Shown here in pieces: positions 54,790-64,000 of a stretch of DNA of 64,000 nt. The notes below the pieces were generated by a model. That model saw nothing but the letters and a program-made list of their open reading frames with translations, had not been told where the DNA came from and searched no databases. This DNA is from a phage, in the sequence record PZ386973.1. One strand, written 5' to 3'. Position 1 is the stretch's first letter; each line of letters begins with the position of its first letter. Both the position numbers and the translations under genes were made by a program.

Positions 54790-55150
54790 CTTAAATGATA
54801 GTGGTTCTCACTTAGGCCGATAGTTTCTTATAGTTATTATTTCTATCGGTTACGATTTCTTATAATTATTATTTCTCACTAATTTATATGTATATTATAT
54901 ATTATAGAATAGTTAGTTGGCTAATGAGATTTTCCGTGATTAATAGTCTGCTAATAGTTTAAGCCGTTACAATCCACCAGCATGATTATCATCCTAGCAA
55001 TTATTAGTCTGCTATCTTTCCGATGCATACTAACAAATAAAAGTCAATTAATTTAGTTCATAAAATAAGTAGTTATCCACTGGAAAATAAAAGTCAAGTG
55101 GATAACTAGGAAAATTTCATTTTTGCTTTTGGGGATAAGTTATCAACAAG
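54790..55150. promoter_or_regulatory. AT-rich region with an inverted DnaA-box pair (origin-like)
   Basis: Long A/T-rich tracts; TTATCCACT at 55073 and AGTGGATAA at 55097; no ORF. Confidence 0.4.
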
Positions 55151-55493
55151 GCTAGAATGCGCCTAAAACGCCCTAGAATGCGATGAAAGTTTTAGTCATG
55201 CCATTGCATTGCCTACCCTCGTTTATCTCTACCACGAGCTTTTTAGGTTTTGTCAAGTAGGGCAAAGCAAATATAAATGAAAAAATTACTTGCCTATCTG
55301 CTATGTTTTGTGGTATTCGCGCGCCCGTTTCTTTTAATTTTAGTGCGCCGCGCCCAGGTCGCCGCACGCCGTCCGGTGAATCGTGTCTTTACATTTCTTT
55401 ACAAAAATAAGGTTGCGCCATTTTCGGGAATCCCCTATTATTTATCACGTAGGGCGGCAATGACGAACTACACGGCGGGAAGTTTACCGCCAC

Positions 55494-55532
55494 GCTCTTT
55501 AAAAATTGGGTACATCTTAAAGCCTATCGGCG
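55494..55532. repeat. left arm of an imperfect inverted repeat flanking ORF 55564-55767
   Basis: TGGGTACATCTTAAAGCCTATCGGC core; partner 55773-55813. Confidence 0.65.
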
Positions 55533-55563
55533 GTAAACTTATACATTATAAGGAATCGACGAT

Positions 55564-55767
55564 ATGAAACAAACTTTATTGATCACTGGCAAGCCTAGCA
55601 AGGCACTAGATAGCAAAACAAAAAATTTGTTGACAGTAGCGCAAAGATCGGTAAAATACCGATTCAAGCAATACAAGAAAGGCCGCCAGCAAGGTCTAGA
55701 AATGATCTGGCGAAATATTATGATTGACTTGAAAGAAAATCATAAAAAATCTCAAAAAATTGTTTGA
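55564..55767 (+). CDS. small basic protein flanked by inverted repeats
   Basis: Track ORF; AAGGA RBS; Lys/Arg-rich. Confidence 0.4.
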   Translation: MKQTLLITGKPSKALDSKTKNLLTVAQRSVKYRFKQYKKGRQQGLEMIWRNIMIDLKENHKKSQKIV

Positions 55768-55772
55768 CAACC

Positions 55773-55813
55773 TAGCCGATAGGTTTTAAGATGTACCCAG
55801 TTCGATAAGAGCG
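55773..55813. repeat. right arm of the inverted repeat flanking ORF 55564-55767
   Basis: GCCGATAGGTTTTAAGATGTACCCAG core. Confidence 0.65.
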
Positions 55814-55997
55814 ATAACTTGATAAAATTTGACGGTCGGTGCTTACCATAATGCATCCCGCCCCCTAACTGGGATATAGCGGCCTACGTGGAGTTCTTTA
55901 AATTGATTTAACTGGCGAGCGGATTGTTACTTATTACCTGCTACTGTTTTCTAGCAGGTAATGCGGAACAATCCTCAAATAACTAGGAGTTTATATT

Positions 55998-56249
55998 ATG
56001 CAAAACGTTATCACCGCGCCGAAAGTTGGTCAGTCTGTTTTTATTCCTTTCGTTACCAAAACGGATGAATTAACCGGAAAGGCCGAACGTATTAAAGGTG
56101 CGGCGCTTATGCCGTTTGATACAATCGACGCGGTATATGCTGAAAATGAACGCAGTAACAACGGCAAACCCGTTTTTAACGTTCGTGTTAAATCCGGCGA
56201 CGTTGTAAAGGTTGTTCAACGCAACGAAAAATGGGAAGCTGTATTATAA
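55998..56249 (+). CDS. hypothetical protein
   Basis: Track ORF after AGGAG. Confidence 0.45.
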   Translation: MQNVITAPKVGQSVFIPFVTKTDELTGKAERIKGAALMPFDTIDAVYAENERSNNGKPVFNVRVKSGDVVKVVQRNEKWEAVL

Positions 56250-56350
56250 TCTAGTGTTAACTTTATATTCCCCTGAAATATGGGGAATATAACGATTAAC
56301 ATTAAGTTAATCATTAAATCCCTTAAATTAAACAAATAGGAGTTTTTACC

Positions 56351-56758
56351 ATGACTAACGTTAAAACCGCAAAATTCGCTTGGAATGAAGAAAACACTCA
56401 GAAAGCTGTTTCTATGTACCAGCAGTTAATCAATGAAAACGGTTTAGATTTCGCAAATAGTGACGGCCTGAAAGAAATTGCAAAAGCAGTTGGCGCGGCT
56501 TCTCCCGTATCCGTTCGGTCAAAATTGACCAGCGCGAAAGCGTATCAGAAAAGCGATAAGCCGCGCAAAGTTGGCGGTGGTAGCTCAATCCGCAAAGCGC
56601 ATTATGTACGCGTTATTGCTAAACATGCTATTGATTCCGGCATTATCAAAGACGCCGATGATCTGGCAAGCCTTGAAAGTGCTAAACTTGAAACGCTGGA
56701 CGCCGTGGCGCAACTGTTAGGCGTTGCCGATGAAGTGAAACAAGCCGCAGGAGAATAA
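56351..56758 (+). CDS. pre-early-region protein, possible A2 counterpart
   Basis: Track ORF after AGGAG; sits immediately upstream of the A1-like gene; assignment by position and size only. Confidence 0.4.
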   Translation: MTNVKTAKFAWNEENTQKAVSMYQQLINENGLDFANSDGLKEIAKAVGAASPVSVRSKLTSAKAYQKSDKPRKVGGGSSIRKAHYVRVIAKHAIDSGIIKDADDLASLESAKLETLDAVAQLLGVADEVKQAAGE

Positions 56759-56846
56759 TTATATACATTGCCCTTCCTAGTGGGAGGGCAATAATATAAC
56801 TGTTTAGCGATAGTTATTTTCTTCCCTTAAATCAGGAGTTTTAAAA

Positions 56847-57044
56847 ATGATTTTCTTTCCTACTGAGTCATTAATTTTAGGCTTGTTTATTATGGCGGCC
56901 TCGTTATTACTCGCTTATTTTCAAAATGATTTAGATTCATATTATTTTAAACGTAAATCTAAGTTAGCAAAGCGTTTAGGTCTGATTTGTTTTATTGCCG
57001 CCGTTGCTTGTGGTGTTAGTTCTAGCCTTATGCCTTTAAATTAA
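56847..57044 (+). CDS. small membrane protein
   Basis: Track ORF with hydrophobic helices. Confidence 0.3.
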   Translation: MIFFPTESLILGLFIMAASLLLAYFQNDLDSYYFKRKSKLAKRLGLICFIAAVACGVSSSLMPLN

Positions 57045-57118
57045 TGTTGCAAATTATAACGCCTATTATTCAAGGCGTTATATTTGGCAATATTGCCGTT
57101 ATTAACTTAATCCCTTTA

Positions 57119-58798
57119 ATGGAGTTTATTACTATGATTATTTCCGCAGAAAAACAAACCGTTATCCTGAAAATGGCCGCTGACTTTAATTTCTATGGTA
57201 AACGTCTGCGCGCCACTAAACTGGAGGTCTGCGACGATATATCAAAAGCGGTCTACGATACAACAAAACACTCGACCGCTATCTGCGACTGGCTGGAAGC
57301 AAATAAACCAGTTAAACCGAAAGCGGCGAAAGTAGCAAAAGCCATTAAAAACGATGAGCGTCCAGAAGCGGCGGGGATTGTTTCTAGCACGGTTGAACAG
57401 TGGGAAGTAAAACAAGGCAAACGCTTTATTATTACGTCGATTCAGAATAATACTTTCCCGCATAAAAACTTTTTAGCCTCATTGGAAAAATTCGCTGAAT
57501 ATATCGGTGCTGATTTGCTTGTTTCTAAGTATATTTATAATAAAAACGGCTTCCAAAATGGCGAGGGTGCGGATGGAATCAAATATGATTCCGCGTTCGA
57601 TAAATATATTTGCAGCAAAAACGTGTTTTTAAATAACCGCCGTTTTGCTTTCATGGCTGAAATTAATGTTTTGCCAACAGCAGACTATCCGCTTTCTGGA
57701 TTCGCTGAAACTGCAACGGCGCTTAATCTGGAAGGTCTGGCAATCGGTCATGCTAAAATCACCGCTGAAAGCGTGCCAGCTCTCAAAGGTGAAGTAGTAC
57801 GCCGCATGTATTCAACCGGAACGGCAACGCTCAAAAACTACATTCAGCAGAAAGCAGGGCAAAAAGCGGAAGCGCTTCATAACTTTGGTGCGCTGATTGT
57901 CGAGTTCGACGAGGACGGGGAGTTTTTTGTTCGCCAGCTTGAAACTATGGATGAAAGCGGGGTGTTTTATGATCTGAATGTTTGCGCTACTCCCGCCGGA
58001 TGCTATGAAACAACGGGGCATGTTTTAGGCTTGCAATATGGTGACATACACGCCGAAAAATTGGATGATGATTGTGCCGTTGCGTCATGGGCTGGCGAAA
58101 ATAGCTTGCTTGATATTCTTAAACCAAAATATCAGTTTGTGCATGATGTGCATGATTTTACATCGCGCAACCATCACAACCGCGCTTCGGGTGTATTCCT
58201 AGCAAAACAATATGCCGCCGGACGTGATAAAGTTCTGGATGATCTTATCGATACGGGGCGCGTGCTGGAATCGATGGAACGAGATTTTAGCCAAACAATC
58301 ATTGTTGAATCTAATCACGATCTGGCGCTATCCCGCTGGCTTGATGATCGTAATGCTAACATTAAAGACGATCCAGCAAACGCGGAACTATATCACCGCC
58401 TGAATGCCGAGATTTATGGAGCTATTGCAGAAAAAGACGATACTTTCAACGTGCTAGATTATGCATTGCGCAAGGTTGCAGGTTGTGAGTTTAACGCCAT
58501 TTTCCTAACAACTGACCAATCATTTAAAATTGCAGGCATCGAGTGTGGCGTACACGGTCACAACGGCATTAACGGCAGCCGTGGCAATCCTAAACAATTT
58601 AAGAAATTGGGCAAATTGAACACCGGACACACTCACACCGCCAGCATTTACGGCGGGGTATATACCGCTGGCGTTGCTGGTAGTCTCGATATGGGTTACA
58701 ACGTTGGCGCGTCAAGCTGGACGCAAACGCATTTAATTACCTATGCAAACGGGCAGCGCACTTTGATCGATTTTAAGAATGGTAAATTCTTTGCGTAA
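57119..58798 (+). CDS. A1: A1-like pre-early protein with metallophosphoesterase domain
   Basis: GDIHA, GHNG and GHTHT metallophosphatase motifs; about 555 aa from the internal ATG; matches T5 A1 as recalled. Confidence 0.6.
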   Translation: MEFITMIISAEKQTVILKMAADFNFYGKRLRATKLEVCDDISKAVYDTTKHSTAICDWLEANKPVKPKAAKVAKAIKNDERPEAAGIVSSTVEQWEVKQGKRFIITSIQNNTFPHKNFLASLEKFAEYIGADLLVSKYIYNKNGFQNGEGADGIKYDSAFDKYICSKNVFLNNRRFAFMAEINVLPTADYPLSGFAETATALNLEGLAIGHAKITAESVPALKGEVVRRMYSTGTATLKNYIQQKAGQKAEALHNFGALIVEFDEDGEFFVRQLETMDESGVFYDLNVCATPAGCYETTGHVLGLQYGDIHAEKLDDDCAVASWAGENSLLDILKPKYQFVHDVHDFTSRNHHNRASGVFLAKQYAAGRDKVLDDLIDTGRVLESMERDFSQTIIVESNHDLALSRWLDDRNANIKDDPANAELYHRLNAEIYGAIAEKDDTFNVLDYALRKVAGCEFNAIFLTTDQSFKIAGIECGVHGHNGINGSRGNPKQFKKLGKLNTGHTHTASIYGGVYTAGVAGSLDMGYNVGASSWTQTHLITYANGQRTLIDFKNGKFFA

Positions 58799-58851
58799 TT
58801 AAATTATTCCCTAGCGGCTTGAAATATAGCCGCTATTACAGGAGTCAAAAA

Positions 58852-59109
58852 ATGAAAGTTACATTACCCAAAACATTGGACGAAAAAGTATTCATTTCAC
58901 CGGATGAAATGGAATCTGATAAAGTTTACAGCTTCGGGCCTATCCTAGCCGCCAAAACTAATACGGATGGAATTATTACAGTCGATTATCGTGATAATGA
59001 TGTTGTCCCCTTTGACGATGATGACGCTTTTTATGAATGGTTGAGCGATAATAATTTACCCGTAAATGGTGAATTAACGCCGTATCAAATGCAAATTATT
59101 ATTAAATAA
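58852..59109 (+). CDS. hypothetical acidic protein
   Basis: ATG 58852 after CAGGAG. Confidence 0.4.
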   Translation: MKVTLPKTLDEKVFISPDEMESDKVYSFGPILAAKTNTDGIITVDYRDNDVVPFDDDDAFYEWLSDNNLPVNGELTPYQMQIIIK

Positions 59110-59147
59110 ATTAAATCCCCTATTAAACTAATTGGAGTTTTATAAAT

Positions 59148-59540
59148 ATGAAAAAGCAAAATATCCCATTCGATCGCGCTCAGTCCTCAATTGTTCTGGT
59201 TTATTCTAATGGCGAACGTTACCACGTCGAGGCGGGGCATGTTATTGATGACCTATTAGATTTCAATGACGCTGTGCAGGTTACTACCTTTGCCTATACA
59301 CAAGGCAAACTAACCAGCCATATTAAGGCAAAAGGCGTTTATGTTGACACGGTGAAACAAGAAACGATTATCATCGATGCCGTAAAATCCGGCCTAGCCT
59401 TTGCAGTTGTCGCGCCTTGCCTCGCTTGCCTTGATGATCAATTGATTAGTGCAAAGGTCTACACATGTGCGGGGATTCGTTCTAGCGTATCCGGTGAGGA
59501 TGTTAGTTTTATCGCTGATGCGTTGGCTTATGGTCTTTAA
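59148..59540 (+). CDS. hypothetical protein
   Basis: Track ORF. Confidence 0.45.
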   Translation: MKKQNIPFDRAQSSIVLVYSNGERYHVEAGHVIDDLLDFNDAVQVTTFAYTQGKLTSHIKAKGVYVDTVKQETIIIDAVKSGLAFAVVAPCLACLDDQLISAKVYTCAGIRSSVSGEDVSFIADALAYGL

Positions 59541-59627
59541 TAGTTGATTGAACACAGCCCGCTGATAAAGTATCATTAGTGGGCTGGATTGAATTAACTT
59601 AATCCCTTAAATGGAGAATGCAACAAA

Positions 59628-60362
59628 ATGAATCAAGTTAAAACGAATATTACCCGTAATTTCCCGCATATTTCCCGCGTTATGATTTGGGATCTGGACG
59701 GCACTATCATTAATTCTTTCCATCGTGTAGCGCCTTGTTTTGATAGCGAGGGCAATTTAGATTTAAATAAGTATAAAAATGAAGCCTGCAAACATCATTT
59801 AATAATGCAGGATTCATTATTGCCATTAGTTGAATATATGCGCCAGTGCATGAATGACGCTAACACGCTAAACATTATTTGCACCGCTCGACTAATGAGC
59901 AAATCAGATTATTATTTCTTGCGTAAACAAGGATTGCGAGGGCGTGGAAATAGTAATATCCGCGTGTTTTCCCGCGATACCCTGCACAAATACTTTAAAG
60001 CTGATAAGGTTAGCGAAATATACCACAGCAAGGACGCAGTATATAAAAGCCATTATTTTGAATTATTTAAACAATTATATCCGAACGCTGATTTTACAAT
60101 GATTGATGATCATAAAGGCGTGTTAGCGGCGGCGGCATCATACGGATTTAAAACGCTAGACGCGCAAGCCGTTAATGATATTCTATCAATCGGTGTTACA
60201 TTGATTGGTGAAACCTTTATTGATGAATCGCTCGACGATGATAATGATTATCAGTTCCTGGCCGACCGCCTGCAATTATGTTGGGAAGGTATGACCGAGG
60301 AAGAACGCGCAGAATATAGTTGCAGCCCGCAACAATATATTGAGAAATTAAAAGTTGCGTAA
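59628..60362 (+). CDS. dmp: HAD-family 5'-deoxyribonucleotidase-like protein
   Basis: MIWDLDGTIINS (DxDGT motif I); 244 aa; matches T5 dmp as recalled. Confidence 0.6.
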   Translation: MNQVKTNITRNFPHISRVMIWDLDGTIINSFHRVAPCFDSEGNLDLNKYKNEACKHHLIMQDSLLPLVEYMRQCMNDANTLNIICTARLMSKSDYYFLRKQGLRGRGNSNIRVFSRDTLHKYFKADKVSEIYHSKDAVYKSHYFELFKQLYPNADFTMIDDHKGVLAAAASYGFKTLDAQAVNDILSIGVTLIGETFIDESLDDDNDYQFLADRLQLCWEGMTEEERAEYSCSPQQYIEKLKVA

Positions 60363-60380
60363 TAATTAAAGTTGAAATAG

Positions 60381-60417
60381 TTTCATCCTGCAATTAAAAT
60401 GGTTGCAGGATGAAACA
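60381..60417. terminator. bidirectional terminator hairpin
   Basis: GTTTCATCCTGCAA...TTGCAGGATGAAAC 14-bp stem between convergent genes. Confidence 0.55.
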
Positions 60418-60527
60418 ATTACCCTGCTAATAGTAACGGGGTGTGGCGGTTAGCAGACTAAGTATTTTCCCCCAACCCACTGGACACACCTCCATGTGTA
60501 ATCTTATGAAATTTGGCAAAAGGTTAA

Positions 60528-60773
60528 TTAGCGCATAGAAGGGTCATCAAACCGATGTTCGGGTCTAAACTCACGAAATCTCTTCCGCGACGCCCGAGAA
60601 CCGTCCGCCCACTCCCGTTCAAACTCCGCACGTTTTTCATCAAACCTCTGCTCCCTTTCCGCAATCTCCCGCGATACTTCCGCAATATATTTGCGATGCT
60701 TGTTAATGGCCGCAGTCATTCCGAAAACTCCCGCGATTATTCCGATAATAAAAGCAATTACAATACTAAACAT
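60528..60773 (-). CDS. small membrane protein
   Basis: Track ORF with N-terminal TM helix. Confidence 0.4.
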   Translation of the reverse strand: MFSIVIAFIIGIIAGVFGMTAAINKHRKYIAEVSREIAEREQRFDEKRAEFEREWADGSRASRKRFREFRPEHRFDDPSMR

Positions 60774-60960
60774 CTAGTTCTCTCTCAATTTGCAGAATAC
60801 GAGTGCTATCACAACGTTGCAGTTTTACTGATTTTTCTATAGCTAATTGTTGTTGTTTTACTCTGGCTTCTAGAGTTTTTAGGCGAACATACTCGGTATA
60901 AGAAACAAGGAAAATTGCCCGGACTAATATTACTATTAGTGTAGCTGCCAATTCCATCAT
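60766..60960 (-). CDS. small membrane protein
   Basis: Track ORF; followed by two more sub-threshold TM mini-ORFs around 60960-61207. Confidence 0.4.
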   Translation of the reverse strand: MMELAATLIVILVRAIFLVSYTEYVRLKTLEARVKQQQLAIEKSVKLQRCDSTRILQIERELDV

Positions 60961-61368
60961 TTACGTTTCTCCGTTAATAACGTTTCAATTCTAGCCAGGT
61001 GGTTATCTAAAATACATTGCCCAATAATCACAATCCCTAGTAGTGCAATAATTACCCATTCCATTAAATCCACCCCGCCATAGCTGCTAACCAAAAACCT
61101 ACGAAAATAAAGAATAGGATAGTCCCAAGTCCAAAACTATTAATCCAGCTATCATACACCTCTCCGCGTCTGCTCTTTCTTTTGTTTGACATATCTTTCA
61201 TGCTCCTATAAGTGTGGTATTTAAAATAGTCTATAATTTGTACACAACCAACCGTGCTTATAGACTCCTAGAAGGACTTCTACTTTTCCTACCTAGTGGT
61301 TTCTGCCAGTACACCATCCAAGAAATAAAAAATTTAGTTTACTTGGATGTCTTTTTGTTTTATACTAA

Positions 61369-61635
61369 TTACAAGTAATTAGATTGTTCTAGTTTAAATT
61401 TACAGTCACCATATTTAAGGTCAAACTGACTGAGATCCCACCACCCAAACTTAGTACGGAGCTGTACTACTGGAAAGCGATCTCCCTTAATACGAACTTT
61501 TTGAACCTTGAGGCCGTAATGTTCTTCTCCCGCACCCCCAAAAGATTTTACAAATCCCGTACAAAATGGTTTAGGAGCAGGTGCACAACCAGATAACATA
61601 ACTGCGGCAACTAGTGCAATCACAAACTTTTTCAT
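61369..61635 (-). CDS. llp: small lipoprotein, Llp-like (candidate receptor-blocking protein)
   Basis: Lipobox MKKFVIALVAAVMLSGC; divergent from and adjacent to the receptor-binding-like gene. Confidence 0.55.
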   Translation of the reverse strand: MKKFVIALVAAVMLSGCAPAPKPFCTGFVKSFGGAGEEHYGLKVQKVRIKGDRFPVVQLRTKFGWWDLSQFDLKYGDCKFKLEQSNYL

Positions 61636-61720
61636 ATTTATCTCTCCATTTCTAATTTATGAATCTATTATAGCAAAATAGAGAGATAAAAGCAAATACA
61701 TTTTTATAATAGGAGATTAT

Positions 61721-63508
61721 ATGGGTTTTTTCGCTGGAAAATATAGTGATGGTAAAACTGTATTATCACTAAACAAAGTGAATGGTGGGGATATTAATGC
61801 CCACAAAACTCCTAATGCCAATACTATATTTCACTCTGATATGCCATTTGTTCTAGTTGAGAGTACTTATGAAAGTGCACTTTCTAATGCTGGAAATGGC
61901 TTTTTTGTATGTCAGATGCCTTCTGTGATAGCTAACCTAAAAAGTAATGATCCTGGTAGGGTTATACTAACCGCTGTTGAGATAAATGGTACACATAGAG
62001 CTTTTCTTAACGGTACTCAATCCCAGGTTGGGCAATTTCTTGCATTTTTTGAAGATCCCCCTATTGGTAGGGCTGGTGCTGAACTAGGCCTTACGTCAGC
62101 TTTTGCATCTGGTAATAGTTTGGCACATGGTACTTACACTTATAACTCCAGTCTAGGCCATGAAGAGTCAATAGCTAGACAAGGTACTGGTGGTACTATA
62201 TCACAGGCTTCTGGATTTAACTTATACAGACCTGGAGGGGCATATGCCGGTGAAGCTATCGGTAGAGCATGGACTTTAGCAGGATTTCCAGCTGGAGCAT
62301 CTAAAGTATCGATAAATAGTGGTAATGTTGACTTCTGGCACCCTAATTGGCAAGCTCCTATAGGGGCTGGGAAAAGGGGTCATAATTGGTTTTATGTTTG
62401 TAATTCCAATATACGTGGGTATGCAGGTAAAAAAGGTACTACGCCAAGTAATGTTAGTGTCCTATATAATTCTTCAACCTATCCAAATAAGGTTTATGTA
62501 TGCAGAGGCTCGACATCTAACTTAGCATCACAAGCAGCAAAGAAGATGTATGTGCAGGATAGTTATAATGTTACTCCTACCAAAGTTATTTGGTATGTGC
62601 TGAATCTTAGATACTCTAATGGTAGTATGAGCGTTGCTAGTAATCCCTTTACTGGATCCGATATTCTTATAAGCCCCTCTAATTTTACTATAAAAGGTGT
62701 TAGTCTTCCAAATACTAGTTACAAATTCATTAATCAGAATGCTTTTGGTAACTTATCGTCTAGACCTGATATGGAGTACATTGGTAATAACGTTGCTTAT
62801 ACCGGAGTCTTTGGAGACACTACAGCAAGATGCGAGATTGTAGGTTCTAACAAAGGCTCTTTATGGTCTCCGGTAAATTATGGGGGCTCTAAATCTCAGA
62901 TAAGTATTTACAAATTTTCTGCTGGTAAACAATGGTATGTTAATTCCAATAATAATACTATAGGTAATGAGCATGGGGTTGTTTGGGGACCTTCTTCAGT
63001 ACCTTTACGATTACTGCCAAATAACGTAGCTAGTACTTACATAGGTGATGATATAAACCCCTCTTATCCAGGTACAGGAAATAAGTACGTAGGGCTATCT
63101 ACCGTAGGCCTTGGATTACCTAATGCAAACTCTACAGTAATCCTAACTACTGAGGTAGTTGCCGGAAATCTTAATACAGCAGGAGGTCCTATACGAACAT
63201 ATGGTGGCACTGCGTGGCAGGTGCAAGGTAGAAGACAACAAAGTTATACAGGTGGTGATGGGGTATTCCATCAAATATTAACTTTACCACCTAATCAGTT
63301 GGTGCCCTTCCATACTACAGCTTCTTATAGCTATACACAGCAGTGGGCTAGTCGACCTGATGATTTAACATTTACTAGAAGTGGATTTATTTATACTATT
63401 AAAAATTTGGGTAACGGTAACGCTGAGTTAGGTGTAGTTATACATGCAAATGAATCCGCCGCAGTTTTCTTACCGAGATTACGAGTAACAGTTCAACGCC
63501 TTACCTAA
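61721..63508 (+). CDS. receptor-binding tail protein-like (pb5/oad-like)
   Basis: 595 aa, Gly/Asn/Ser/Thr-rich; position next to the lipoprotein gene. Confidence 0.5.
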   Translation: MGFFAGKYSDGKTVLSLNKVNGGDINAHKTPNANTIFHSDMPFVLVESTYESALSNAGNGFFVCQMPSVIANLKSNDPGRVILTAVEINGTHRAFLNGTQSQVGQFLAFFEDPPIGRAGAELGLTSAFASGNSLAHGTYTYNSSLGHEESIARQGTGGTISQASGFNLYRPGGAYAGEAIGRAWTLAGFPAGASKVSINSGNVDFWHPNWQAPIGAGKRGHNWFYVCNSNIRGYAGKKGTTPSNVSVLYNSSTYPNKVYVCRGSTSNLASQAAKKMYVQDSYNVTPTKVIWYVLNLRYSNGSMSVASNPFTGSDILISPSNFTIKGVSLPNTSYKFINQNAFGNLSSRPDMEYIGNNVAYTGVFGDTTARCEIVGSNKGSLWSPVNYGGSKSQISIYKFSAGKQWYVNSNNNTIGNEHGVVWGPSSVPLRLLPNNVASTYIGDDINPSYPGTGNKYVGLSTVGLGLPNANSTVILTTEVVAGNLNTAGGPIRTYGGTAWQVQGRRQQSYTGGDGVFHQILTLPPNQLVPFHTTASYSYTQQWASRPDDLTFTRSGFIYTIKNLGNGNAELGVVIHANESAAVFLPRLRVTVQRLT

Positions 63509-63528
63509 AGGAGGAAATATGGCAAATG

Positions 63529-64000
63529 ATGTATTAGTACCAGATCTTATGTCCCCTGAAGGGATGGATGTGATTGAAGCTTATTTACAGTGTGGCAGTG
63601 ATGTGCCTTCTGCCGCACGTAGCCTTGGAATGTCCGAAATTGCTTTCCGAGATATTATGAATCGTAGTGAAGTTAAGAACTACTTAAACGATATTTTTAT
63701 GGAGAGTGGATTCCGTAATAGGGATCGTTTGTTCGGTGTTCTAGATGAAGTTATTAAACGTAAACTAGAGGAGCTAGAAGAAACTGGCATGGGTTCTGAC
63801 CAGGATATTATGGATATTCTATGGAAGGCACACAAAATGAAGATGGAAGAAATGAAAATGATGGTAGAGTTAGAAAAAGCTAAAGCTGCTGTCCGTGCTC
63901 CTGCTAATCAGACCAATATCCAGAATAACATTATTGCTGGAGCTGGGGATCAAAACTACATGGACTTAATTACTTCCCTAGCTACTGGAGGTAAGAAGTA
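63529..64000 (+). CDS. hypothetical DNA-binding-like protein (possibly terminase small subunit; 3' end beyond window)
   Basis: ATG after AGGAGG; helical protein; no stop before the window edge. Confidence 0.4.

Noticed and set aside
55277-55567. 96-aa plus-strand ORF with signal-peptide-like start
   Set aside because: No RBS; it overlaps the inverted-repeat arm and the start of the next ORF.

Overview
This window reads as the early region, the pre-early (first-step-transfer-like) region and the first late genes of a T5-like (Tequintavirus-type) lytic phage; that identification is from memory of gene content and order, not from a search. From left to right: (1) 1-7000, minus-strand genes including a partial replication-associated P-loop NTPase, a Sir2-like protein, a HAD phosphatase and anaerobic ribonucleotide reductase NrdD; (2) 7300-20500, a plus-strand nucleotide-metabolism block (PhoH-like, NrdA, NrdB, DHFR, thymidylate synthase, RNase H, NADAR, DEDDh exonuclease, HNH endonuclease, SleB-like hydrolase); (3) 20500-33000, a tRNA island with about 25 tRNA genes, several tRNA-like or structured RNA elements and many small ORFs; (4) 33000-49400, further early genes (GrcA-like glycyl-radical protein, dNMP kinase, holin and endolysin, thioredoxin-like protein, two metallophosphatases); (5) 49440-50870, a non-coding repeat field with 8 iterons, tandem repeats, palindromes and DnaA boxes; (6) 50987-54415, a minus-strand cassette of unknown genes bracketed by a 40-bp inverted repeat; (7) 54780-55150, an AT-rich, DnaA-box-bearing origin-like region; (8) 55998-60362, a plus-strand block with an A1-like metallophosphoesterase and a dmp-like HAD nucleotidase; (9) 61369-64000, a lipoprotein gene divergent from a large receptor-binding-like protein. 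A conserved early-promoter module recurs about 25 times. No CRISPR array, rRNA, integrase or transposase was recognised. The most promising candidates for something undescribed are the inverted-repeat-bracketed pre-early cassette, the iteron/DnaA-box architecture, the structured RNAs in the tRNA island and a Q/N-rich membrane-protein pair. All coordinates were hand-counted, and tRNA and anticodon calls are manual and should be confirmed with tRNAscan-SE or ARAGORN.
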